From positions 45,436-109,435 of the forward strand of contig JAMCWD010000013.1 in NCBI GenBank assembly GCA_023475345.1: a stretch of 64,000 nt of DNA, in the 5' to 3' direction. Origin of the DNA: Chloroflexota bacterium. Lineage in GTDB: Bacteria > Vulcanimicrobiota > JAMCWD01. Under the pieces are notes generated by a model. That model was not told the origin of the DNA and searched no databases. It was given only the letters and a program-made list of their open reading frames with translations. The translations under genes and the position numbers were made by a program. Within the stretch, counting starts at the first letter, position 1; every line of letters begins with the position of its first letter. Below, piece by piece: positions 39,382 to 47,056 of this stretch.

Positions 39382-40893
39382 ATGAAGTGGGAAACCCTTC
39401 TTATAAACGGTGACTTCATCGATCCTGGAGGCGATTCGCCGGGGTTCATAGCCCTGGATGGCGGGAAAATCGCTCATACAGGCCCTGCCCGTGAAGCCGG
39501 TTCTGCAAAATCGCAGGCCAAAAATGTTGTAGACCTTTCGGGCATGACGGTCATTCCCGGCTTTACGGACACCCATAACCACTTTTTGCTTACCGGGCTG
39601 AACCTTTCATTGCCGGGGCTTTTCTTTTGCCGCTCGGTGGAAGATATCCAGGATATATTGCGCCATACCGGGCCGAAACTGGGCGGATGGATGGTCGGGC
39701 TGGGCTTCGATGAGTCCATGTTTCAAAGCATGGCGTTTCCCGTGGCGGCCGACCTGGACAGGGTCAGCAAAAAACTTCCCATCTGTATTTTCCGAAGAGA
39801 CCACCATTCGTGCGTCATCAACAGCCGGGCCATGGAAATCCTTGAAATGGCGCCTGTGAACGATGAAGAAAAATCGGGGATAATCAAGGGCGAAACGGTA
39901 AGCGAAGTCCATGCCGCTGTCTTTGCATCGGTAACGAAAACCGAGAAACTGGAAGCGTTCCAGAGGGCGGCAAGGGCGGCCCTTTCGTTCGGCATAACAT
40001 GCGTCCATGCCCTGGAGGGGGGCGGCCCTTTCGGCGATGACGATATCAGGATCGCCGTAGAAGCATCGGGCTCGGCCCCTCTTTCCATGATCGTTTATCC
40101 CCAGACCCGTAATGTGGAGTGGGTGAAATACGAGCTGGGCCTTCCCAGGATAGGCGGGTGCCTCCTGGCTGACGGTTCCATCGGCTCTAGGACCGCCGCC
40201 CTTTTTGAAGATTACGCCGATGATCCCGGCAATAAAGGCAGGCTTTATTTCAAAGACGAAGAGCTTGAAAGCCTTGTCGAAAAAGCGCATAAGGAAGGCC
40301 TCCAGACGGCCTTCCATGCCATCGGGGACAGGGCTGTAGCACAGGTGGTATCGGTTTATAAAAAAGTTCTGGGCCGCCTCCCGGGAGAAGACCGCCGTTA
40401 CAGGGTGGAACACGCGGTGCTTTCCCGCCCCGAAGATATTGAAGAAATGGCGTCTCTCGGGATCCATGTATCGGTCCAGCCGGAATTTGCACACCTGTGG
40501 GGAGGAGAAGGCGGCCTTTATGAGGCAAGGCTCGGCAAAGACAGGAGCAGGAGATCAAACCCATTCGGGACTTACCTTGAAAAAGGGATCACCCTGGGGG
40601 CAGGCTCGGACAGCGATGTCTGCACTATGGACGTCATGTCGGGGATCAGCTCGGCGGTAAACAGGGCTTATGCAGAAGAATCGATTTCTATTATGGATAC
40701 CATTAAGTTGTACACTTCTGAAGCGGCGAAGCTTGCCTTCATGGAAAGGGAGACAGGGAGGCTCCTGCCGGGGATGCGGGCGGACATTGTAGTTCTTTCG
40801 GAAAATCCCCTGTCGTCTCCGAGGATTGAAGAGATTGAAGTTGTTGGGGTTTTTGCCGGGGGAGATTTGAAATTCGGAAGAATGCCCGGTTAA
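39382..40893 (+). CDS. Amidohydrolase-family metal-dependent hydrolase (Amidohydro_3-like)
   Basis: It has 'VIPGFTDTHNHF' metal-binding HxH and C-terminal 'GAGSDSDV'. The annotated ORF start at 39262 lies in a structured intergenic region. The ATG at 39382 gives a typical N-terminus 'MKWETLLINGDFID'. Confidence 0.7.
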   Translation: MKWETLLINGDFIDPGGDSPGFIALDGGKIAHTGPAREAGSAKSQAKNVVDLSGMTVIPGFTDTHNHFLLTGLNLSLPGLFFCRSVEDIQDILRHTGPKLGGWMVGLGFDESMFQSMAFPVAADLDRVSKKLPICIFRRDHHSCVINSRAMEILEMAPVNDEEKSGIIKGETVSEVHAAVFASVTKTEKLEAFQRAARAALSFGITCVHALEGGGPFGDDDIRIAVEASGSAPLSMIVYPQTRNVEWVKYELGLPRIGGCLLADGSIGSRTAALFEDYADDPGNKGRLYFKDEELESLVEKAHKEGLQTAFHAIGDRAVAQVVSVYKKVLGRLPGEDRRYRVEHAVLSRPEDIEEMASLGIHVSVQPEFAHLWGGEGGLYEARLGKDRSRRSNPFGTYLEKGITLGAGSDSDVCTMDVMSGISSAVNRAYAEESISIMDTIKLYTSEAAKLAFMERETGRLLPGMRADIVVLSENPLSSPRIEEIEVVGVFAGGDLKFGRMPG

Positions 40894-40991
40894 GCTGGTT
40901 TATTTTTCAAAAAAAGGGGTATAATCAGTATGAGGAGAATTTATGGGAGGAGTATAGGTCATTGACTACAGTATCAGTCGGAGGAAGCAAA

Positions 40992-41360
40992 ATGGAAGCA
41001 AGAGTTCTATATGATACTCCAATGTCCGAGGTTCCCAGGGTCAAGCTGGACGGAGATGTTGATCTTTATACTGTGCCTTTATTGAAAGAAACGGTCCAAA
41101 ACCTGATGGATAAAGGGCATGACGATATAGTGATCGACCTGGAAAATGTAATTTACATGGATTCTACCGGCTTGGGCGCGCTCGTGGGGATATACCGCCG
41201 GATGAAGGAGAGAAAGGGCAAAATCCACCTGATCTGCCCGAACCCCCAGGTAGGCAGGATATTTCACAGCACCGGCCTTTACCAGTTGTTTTTCTACTAT
41301 GAAAACGAACAGGATTTCGTTAATGGCATGGAAAAGACGAGGAACGAAGGAAAAGGCTGA
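40992..41360 (+). CDS. STAS-domain protein (anti-sigma-factor antagonist SpoIIAA-like)
   Basis: It has 'IVIDLENVIYMDSTGLGALVGIYRRMKERKGKIHLICPNPQVGRIF'. The RBS 'ggaggaagcaaaATG' fits. Confidence 0.7.
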   Translation: MEARVLYDTPMSEVPRVKLDGDVDLYTVPLLKETVQNLMDKGHDDIVIDLENVIYMDSTGLGALVGIYRRMKERKGKIHLICPNPQVGRIFHSTGLYQLFFYYENEQDFVNGMEKTRNEGKG

Positions 41361-41397
41361 GTTTTCCCGGAGGTTTTTCCGTGTAAGATGTATTTAA

Positions 41398-41432
41398 GGG
41401 CGCATTGTAATGCGTCCTTTTCTTTGCAGCCT
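41398..41432 (+). terminator. Rho-independent terminator after the STAS gene
   Basis: 'gggcgcatt gtaa tgcgtcc' forms a stem (with one G-U pair), followed by 'ttttctttg'. Confidence 0.5.
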
Positions 41433-41609
41433 GTCGGCATCATCATCTCCGCGAACGAAATTGCCCCGCAAATGAATTTATTTTTCGCAAGGTTTCATAA
41501 TTTAAGAAATGCCCAGACGGACTTTTCCGGAAAACCTTGACTCTTTTCCGGCCTGTCGTGATAAAAGAGTAAGAGCATTATCTTCTTTTCATTGAAAGAG
41601 GTGTTGTTT

Positions 41610-42818
41610 ATGGATATCAATTCGGTCGGCCAACTGGGAAAGGCTCAGGAAATCGCGGCCCAGACAGGGCAGGTGAAGCTGCCTTCCAAAATTGATGCTG
41701 AAAAGAAGAGGGAACCGCTTGATCAAGTAAGCATCAGCAGCGAAGCGGCGGAAACGGCCGCAGGCGGCGGAAACAGGGTGGAAGCCCTCATCGACGGGCC
41801 GGCTATCTTTTCATCGGCCAAAGAGATGATAAGTTCGTCAAAAAAGAGCATCCAGGTGGAAATGTACTCTTTTTCACATGCCGAGATGACCGACCTGCTC
41901 TGCAAAGAAGCCAAAGAAGGCAAAACGGTCCAGGTGCTCCTCGATCCCGGCGAGGGCTTGAGCGCAGGCCAGGAAAAGTCAAAGCAGGAAACCGTTGACA
42001 AGCTCAAAGCTTCGGGTGTCCAGGTACTCTTCTACGATACGAACAAGAAACATAACCAGATAGATCACGTCAAGCTCCTTATAGTTGACGGCAAAAAAGT
42101 CCTGATGGGCGGCATGAACTGGGGCGAGCATTCCCCGTCGAACCACGACGTTGACTTGAAAATAGAAGGACCTGCCGTAGATTATTACCAGAAAGTTTTC
42201 GATAACGCCTGGCAAAAGACCGGCGGCGAAGTTATAGAACAGGAAAAAGCAAAGCCCGTAGAGGACGGAAATGCACAGGTCAAAGGTCTCTCCACCGAAC
42301 TGTGGAAATATACAACCGTCAGCCAGCAGGTTCTCAAAGATATCGACGGAGCCAAGAAATCCATCCACCTCGAATCTTTCGTCCTGTCGGACAAGCAGGT
42401 AGTCGATGGGCTTATAAGCGCCAAGGAGCGCGGTGTTGACGTAAAGGTCCTCCTTGCGCCCAACGGTGTCGGGGAAGGATGGAACCCCAACGGCAAAACA
42501 TTTGACAAGCTGAAAGAAGCCGGGGTCGATGTGAAATGGTACCAGACCGATACTTCCGTCCAGGAAAAGCTCCATGCAAAGTGGGGCGTCTTCGACGGCG
42601 AAAAGAGCGTTGTCGGGTCGGCCAACTGGAGCTACAAGGGTCTCCATGTCAACAGGGAGATAGCCGCTGAAGTTACCGATAAGGGAACCGCATCGACACT
42701 TGAAAAGCAGTTTCAGTACGACTGGGAGAACCGCTCGTCCGATACACTGAAGGGCGCCTATGTAAATCTCGGCAATGACAAGCCGGCGATGAAATACAAG
42801 GCGGCCGCCAACGAATAA
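41610..42818 (+). CDS. Phospholipase D-family protein (two HKD motifs)
   Basis: It has 'HNQIDHVKLLIVDGKKVLMGGMNWG' and 'HAKWGVFDGEKSVVGSANWS' (HxK(x)4D). The ATG at 41610 follows the RBS 'gaaagaggtg'. The annotated 41592 start is a TTG. Confidence 0.75.
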   Translation: MDINSVGQLGKAQEIAAQTGQVKLPSKIDAEKKREPLDQVSISSEAAETAAGGGNRVEALIDGPAIFSSAKEMISSSKKSIQVEMYSFSHAEMTDLLCKEAKEGKTVQVLLDPGEGLSAGQEKSKQETVDKLKASGVQVLFYDTNKKHNQIDHVKLLIVDGKKVLMGGMNWGEHSPSNHDVDLKIEGPAVDYYQKVFDNAWQKTGGEVIEQEKAKPVEDGNAQVKGLSTELWKYTTVSQQVLKDIDGAKKSIHLESFVLSDKQVVDGLISAKERGVDVKVLLAPNGVGEGWNPNGKTFDKLKEAGVDVKWYQTDTSVQEKLHAKWGVFDGEKSVVGSANWSYKGLHVNREIAAEVTDKGTASTLEKQFQYDWENRSSDTLKGAYVNLGNDKPAMKYKAAANE

Positions 42819-42827
42819 TATTTCGCA

Positions 42828-42862
42828 GCTTAAAAGCCCGTCTTTGTGACGGGCTTTTAATA
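42828..42862 (+). terminator. Rho-independent terminator after the PLD gene
   Basis: 'aaaagcccgtc tttgtg acgggctttt' forms a perfect stem flanked by A/T runs. Confidence 0.65.
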
Positions 42863-42936
42863 TTGGAGGAAGAATAATATTCAGAAAGGATTTTTTCCTT
42901 CCCTCTGCGAATTTATAAGGCTGAGGAGGGAATACC

Positions 42937-43416
42937 TTGCATAAGTTCTTTACGAGGTTGGGTATCTTAATCATTCTGGCAATCATGCTGCTCGACGGCA
43001 TAATGCTGTTTTCGGCCTATAAGAACAAATCCCACGTAATCCCCGAAGGCGCCCTTAACGATAACAGCAAGCTGCTTTTCATAGAAGCCAAATTCGATTT
43101 GCCCGAAGACGTCCAGAAAGAATATAAAGATGAAGTCGAAGTGGACGGCAGGACGATCCGGTTGTATGAGATACTCAACATGAAAATAATATGCGTGCTT
43201 GACGGCGAGACTTTTATAATAGACCCCGTGGTAACCGAAGAAAACGTCATAGGCGCAAAACTCATACTTTCAAAGCCCATAGGCGATTACCGCAGCGTCA
43301 ACAGTATCCGCTTCAAATTGAGCGGCTACAGGGATACCATGAGGGAACACGTCCCGATCAATAACGGCGAGGTTAACCTGGGTATCATCAGCTTTACTCC
43401 GCCGGGCGGTAAATAA
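42937..43416 (+). CDS. Hypothetical membrane-anchored protein
   Basis: It has an N-terminal TM 'LGILIILAIMLLDGIMLF' and no recognisable domain. Confidence 0.4.
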   Translation: MHKFFTRLGILIILAIMLLDGIMLFSAYKNKSHVIPEGALNDNSKLLFIEAKFDLPEDVQKEYKDEVEVDGRTIRLYEILNMKIICVLDGETFIIDPVVTEENVIGAKLILSKPIGDYRSVNSIRFKLSGYRDTMREHVPINNGEVNLGIISFTPPGGK

Positions 43417-43469
43417 CCCGGCTGATGGCTGTGACGATAATATCGCTGCAGAGTGTACAGGTGAAATAG

Positions 43470-43751
43470 ATGGTCGGTTTTTCAATGTTTGAATTCGCAG
43501 GCAAGAGCTCGCTGCTCCTGGATATCATGAAGTTTTTTTCCGTTTCCCCGTGGCGTTACATAACGGCCCGGGAGCTTTCAGGCACGCTTGACCGCACTGT
43601 TGAAAAAGTAATTGACAGGCTGGAGCAACTCGTCGAGATGGGGCTTGTCGAGAAAAAAGGCGACAGCCTTTACAGATACAACCAGGATGAAAAAAAGATC
43701 AAGGAACTCCAGGATTTTATAGGCAGGGATAGCGGCACTTTCAATTATTGA
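43470..43751 (+). CDS. Hypothetical small protein, possible winged-helix DNA-binding fold
   Basis: 'ITARELSGTLDRTVEKVIDRLEQLVEMGLVEKKGDSLYRY' is HTH/wing-like. The assignment is weak. Confidence 0.3.
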   Translation: MVGFSMFEFAGKSSLLLDIMKFFSVSPWRYITARELSGTLDRTVEKVIDRLEQLVEMGLVEKKGDSLYRYNQDEKKIKELQDFIGRDSGTFNY

Positions 43752-43840
43752 GGCGCCCGCCTTTATCTAATCCGTTTCAAGATTCCCAGGATGAGATTTG
43801 CCCGGGAGCAAATTTTACGATATCATCCCCGTCAACCCGG

Positions 43841-45052
43841 TTAAACTACGGACTCGCTTATATTTATGCCCTTTTCCCGCATCTTCTTCAGGAAAAGCTC
43901 CGCAGGCACGTACAACTCCTGCTTCAGCACGCCCTTTTCCTTGATTGTTCCGTCGGTTATCATCTGCGCGATTATGGATGCAGGGAACGAAGTGGTTTTC
44001 ATCATTGCGCTGAGATCGTTTTCCTCATCATATTTCTCGATCATCTCGTAAGTTACGGAAGCTGTGTTCCCGTCTTTCCTGCCGGACACTTCAACCCGCA
44101 ATAACACTACATCCTTTGCATTATGAGGGAGGAGTGAAACAAACAGGGACTCGGTGATTTCTCTGGCGGAATATTTCCTGCCGGGCAGCTTGAAGCCGCT
44201 CAATCCGAGGACCCCCCGCTCGGCCAGTTCCTTCTCGTTATAAACGCGGTCTCCCATTCTGACTTCTTTCTCGCTGAAAAATCCCAGATCGTATAACTTT
44301 TTGATAAATCCGAAATGGCCGGGGTATCTTATGGTCTTGTAGTCCAGCGAAGGCACTTTGCCTTCGTATGTATCGGGCAGGGTGGATGTGCCGCCCGAAG
44401 TAGTTGCGGCTTCCAGTTTCCCGTAAGGTTCGGGGAACTCGATCTCCTCAAGCTCGGAAAGCGGCTCGACGATTTCTTTTTTACCGTTTTTCAATATGGT
44501 TACAGGCTCGATGTATTCGTTGACGAGGCCTTTTACCGAGAAGAAAAGGGAGTAGCCGATCGGGGAGATATCCCTGTCCTGCGGGAGCCCTCCTACCCTC
44601 AATTTTATGGAATCGACGCTTTCGAGCCTGTTATAGCCGCCTGCCGCAAGGATGCTCACCATGCCGGGCGCAAGTCCACAATCGGGGAATATGGCGACGC
44701 CCGCCTCTTTTGCGGCGTCATGAAGCGTAAACTGCTTTTCGACTATAGTATTATTGCCGCCCAGGTCAACATAGTTGGTCCCGGTTTCTATTGCGGCCTT
44801 CGATATCTCGAAATTATAATGATACGATGCGAACCCCAGCGCGGTATCGACGCTTTTAAGTATCGGGATCAGGGATTCCCTGTTCGAGACATCGACCTCC
44901 TCTGCTTCGACTTTCGGGAACCTCGCGGCCATTGCCTTGGCCCGCTCTAAATCGATATCGCAGGCGTAAACAAGCTCTGTTTCGGGATTTTGAACAAGGT
45001 CGTGTATCAGCGCATTTGCCATCATGCCCGATCCCAGTACTGCAAATTTCAC
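43841..45052 (-). CDS. Saccharopine dehydrogenase-family NAD(P)-binding oxidoreductase
   Basis: It has a GTG start with RBS 'ggaggt' and the N-terminal Rossmann motif 'KFAVLGSGMMANALIHDL'. The about 400-aa length and domain order are typical of Sacchrp_dh (LysDH/carboxynorspermidine DH-like) proteins. Confidence 0.7.
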   Translation of the reverse strand: MKFAVLGSGMMANALIHDLVQNPETELVYACDIDLERAKAMAARFPKVEAEEVDVSNRESLIPILKSVDTALGFASYHYNFEISKAAIETGTNYVDLGGNNTIVEKQFTLHDAAKEAGVAIFPDCGLAPGMVSILAAGGYNRLESVDSIKLRVGGLPQDRDISPIGYSLFFSVKGLVNEYIEPVTILKNGKKEIVEPLSELEEIEFPEPYGKLEAATTSGGTSTLPDTYEGKVPSLDYKTIRYPGHFGFIKKLYDLGFFSEKEVRMGDRVYNEKELAERGVLGLSGFKLPGRKYSAREITESLFVSLLPHNAKDVVLLRVEVSGRKDGNTASVTYEMIEKYDEENDLSAMMKTTSFPASIIAQMITDGTIKEKGVLKQELYVPAELFLKKMREKGINISESVV

Positions 45053-45084
45053 GAGTTGTACCTCCGCAAATTAATATTTTGATA

Positions 45085-45153
45085 TGCTTGAATCGGAATT
45101 TAACTTTTCACTTTCTACCTGTACCGCCTGAATCCCCCCGGGGTTCATAAAAT
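45085..45153 (+). repeat. About 69-bp intergenic element, copy 1 (direct repeat of 46888-46956)
   Basis: Its sequence is 'gcttgaatcggaatttaacttttcactttctacctgtaccgcctgaatccccccggggttcataaaatt'. Confidence 0.7.
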
Positions 45154-45276
45154 TTTGTTGGATGGGCGGCTGATTATAGCCGTTGTATCTTTCCTGTGAA
45201 AGGGGGCCGTTCACTTGACTCCCATGTTCTTTCTGATATTATAAATCTGAGGAACCGGGTAAGAAGAGGTGATGGA

Positions 45277-45537
45277 ATGAAGGCATACATTTTCAAAGTA
45301 GAAATGAGGCAGGAGGAAGATAACCGCTGGAGCGTCTGGGTGCCGTCTTTGCCCGGCTGTTCTTCGTGGGGATATTCCAGTGATGAGGCGCTGAAAAATA
45401 TACAGGAAGCTGTCCAATGCCATCTCGAAGCCATGATTGAGGAGGGCGAAAAGATACCGGAAGAGAAATCCGGTGAAATTCAGATTATCCTGTCTCCTGT
45501 AGCGGTTGCCAATATTCATGATGAAGCTGCTGCGTAA
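45277..45537 (+). CDS. hicB: HicB-family antitoxin (UPF0150)
   Basis: It has 'YIFKVEMRQEEDNRWSVWVPSLPGCSSWGYSSDEALKNIQEAVQCHLEAMIEEGEKIPEE', which is RNase-H-like HicB N-domain, and overlaps the downstream hicA. Confidence 0.75.
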   Translation: MKAYIFKVEMRQEEDNRWSVWVPSLPGCSSWGYSSDEALKNIQEAVQCHLEAMIEEGEKIPEEKSGEIQIILSPVAVANIHDEAAA

Positions 45538-45793
45538 TCGTCCTGCCAGGGAATGGCTTCGCGCCCTTAAAGAAGATGGTTTCCGGCTTATCAGGCAAAA
45601 AGGAAGTCACAGAACTTTTGGAAAAGAGCATCACAAAGTTACTCTGGCATATCACCACCTGAATGATACATTTCCTCCCGGAGTAGTTGACAGTATTCTT
45701 CGGGGAACCGGTTGGACAGAAGAAGATCTTAACCGATTGGGACTATTGAAACAAACCCCCTTTTTTCCCGCGCATGAAGCGCACACTATATGA
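45506..45793 (+). CDS. hicA: HicA-family mRNA interferase toxin
   Basis: It has 'LKEDGFRLIRQKGSHRTFGKE...VTLAYHH' (YcfA/HicA dsRBD-like with catalytic His) and overlaps the 3' end of hicB. Confidence 0.7.
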   Translation: MPIFMMKLLRNRPAREWLRALKEDGFRLIRQKGSHRTFGKEHHKVTLAYHHLNDTFPPGVVDSILRGTGWTEEDLNRLGLLKQTPFFPAHEAHTI

Positions 45794-45826
45794 CCTTCAT
45801 ATATGACCCCATAGCTTAATTTTTTA

Positions 45827-46753
45827 TTAACACAAATTAGGATAATCAGGCAGGTTGACGGGCACCGTTGTATCTTTCCGACCGGGTTCTACCACGGGTC
45901 TCAATCTTTGAGCCAGTGTTTTCAGGCTTATGTGTTCTTTGCGTCTCCTGATATAGTAATATAACAAAACAAAACAGATCAGCATGAAAGGCTCGATAAG
46001 AAGGTTAAACAACCTGAAATATACTGTTACCCATATTGTATGAAGATGCGGCCCGTCCAGGATCTTGAATATCAGTACGAAAAGATAATGTTTAAGCACA
46101 TCCTTGAGCGGGAAAAATAAAATTAATAAAAGCACGAACTCGCCAGAGGAAGATAAGAAAATTCTTATGAAACGTTTCAATGTATTGAATGCATATTTTT
46201 TTTCCGACATGGATATAATGATTGGAAAATATAACAGGGGAATACTTATCATGTCAGACGTGGAGAGCATAAAATAATAGATAAATCTATCCATTGTGTT
46301 TGTGTGCTCATTAAAAGGGCTTATAAAATACATCGGAGGAATATATAAAACTCCCGCTACTATAGACAAGCCCACTATTACAATGTATGTCCATATCAAC
46401 CTCGGAAATCTCCTGAAAACTTGAGAGTAAGCAGATTTTATGGAAAAATGTTCGCCGAAGAAATTCCTGGAAATAGCCCAGGATGCGGCAGATATTACAA
46501 TACACAGCCCGGCATATCCCACCAGATTTCCCGCAAAGGAAGTGATTATTGCTGTTTTCGTTATCGTATCCCCCTCTACGAGTGGATAAATAATTTTCAG
46601 GCTTAAACTTGCGATTTCATTAATAACAATAATCGGGGCGAAGATCCCGATATATGTGAGGAAATTACGACCGTATAAAATTGAAGCCCGAACAAGTATG
46701 TTCCAGGTATTAATGACAATGAAGGCTAAAGAGCCGGAATCTCTCCTCGGCAT
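45827..46753 (-). CDS. Hypothetical polytopic membrane protein (about 8 TM)
   Basis: It has hydrophobic segments throughout and no recognisable family. Confidence 0.45.
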   Translation of the reverse strand: MPRRDSGSLAFIVINTWNILVRASILYGRNFLTYIGIFAPIIVINEIASLSLKIIYPLVEGDTITKTAIITSFAGNLVGYAGLCIVISAASWAISRNFFGEHFSIKSAYSQVFRRFPRLIWTYIVIVGLSIVAGVLYIPPMYFISPFNEHTNTMDRFIYYFMLSTSDMISIPLLYFPIIISMSEKKYAFNTLKRFIRIFLSSSGEFVLLLILFFPLKDVLKHYLFVLIFKILDGPHLHTIWVTVYFRLFNLLIEPFMLICFVLLYYYIRRRKEHISLKTLAQRLRPVVEPGRKDTTVPVNLPDYPNLC

Positions 46754-46887
46754 AACAAAGCCTTCCCTTAATTTATAGTTCGGGTCTTTGATTTTGAATC
46801 CCCCTCCTTTCGTTTTAATTTAACACACGTAATGGAGCAATGCAATTCGAGATGACTTGTTATCTCAAAAACACAAATGAACTCAGA

Positions 46888-46956
46888 GCTTGAATCGGAA
46901 TTCAATTTTTCACTTTCTATCCTTAAAGCCTGAATCCCCCCCGGGTTCATAAAATT
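46888..46956 (+). repeat. About 69-bp intergenic element, copy 2
   Basis: Its sequence is 'gcttgaatcggaattcaatttttcactttctatccttaaagcctgaatcccccccgggttcataaaatt'. Confidence 0.7.
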
Positions 46957-47056
46957 ATACGGGCTGTTTTAAAACAGCGGAAGCTGCCGGAATATCAATT
47001 TGAAAATGTGTCCTTAAAGGGAATTTTTCATGTATAATAAATAGAAACAGGTCATT

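Noticed and set aside
39022-39582. 186-aa minus-strand ORF spanning the oxidoreductase/amidohydrolase junction
   Set aside because: It crosses an intergenic hairpin region and both flanking gene ends, with no RBS or domain.
41979-43001. 340-aa minus-strand ORF overlapping the PLD gene and the downstream hypothetical
   Set aside because: The plus strand carries two canonical HKD motifs and a terminator. The minus ORF has no recognisable features and spans an intergenic terminator.
44315-44950. 211-aa plus-strand ORF inside the saccharopine-dehydrogenase-family gene
   Set aside because: It is antisense to a gene with a clear Rossmann N-terminus and RBS, and has no motif.
45120-45153. tRNA-fragment-like att site in the 69-bp repeats ('ggttcataaa')
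   Set aside because: It does not match the T-arm consensus GGTTCGAATCC. No tRNA gene or integrase is nearby.
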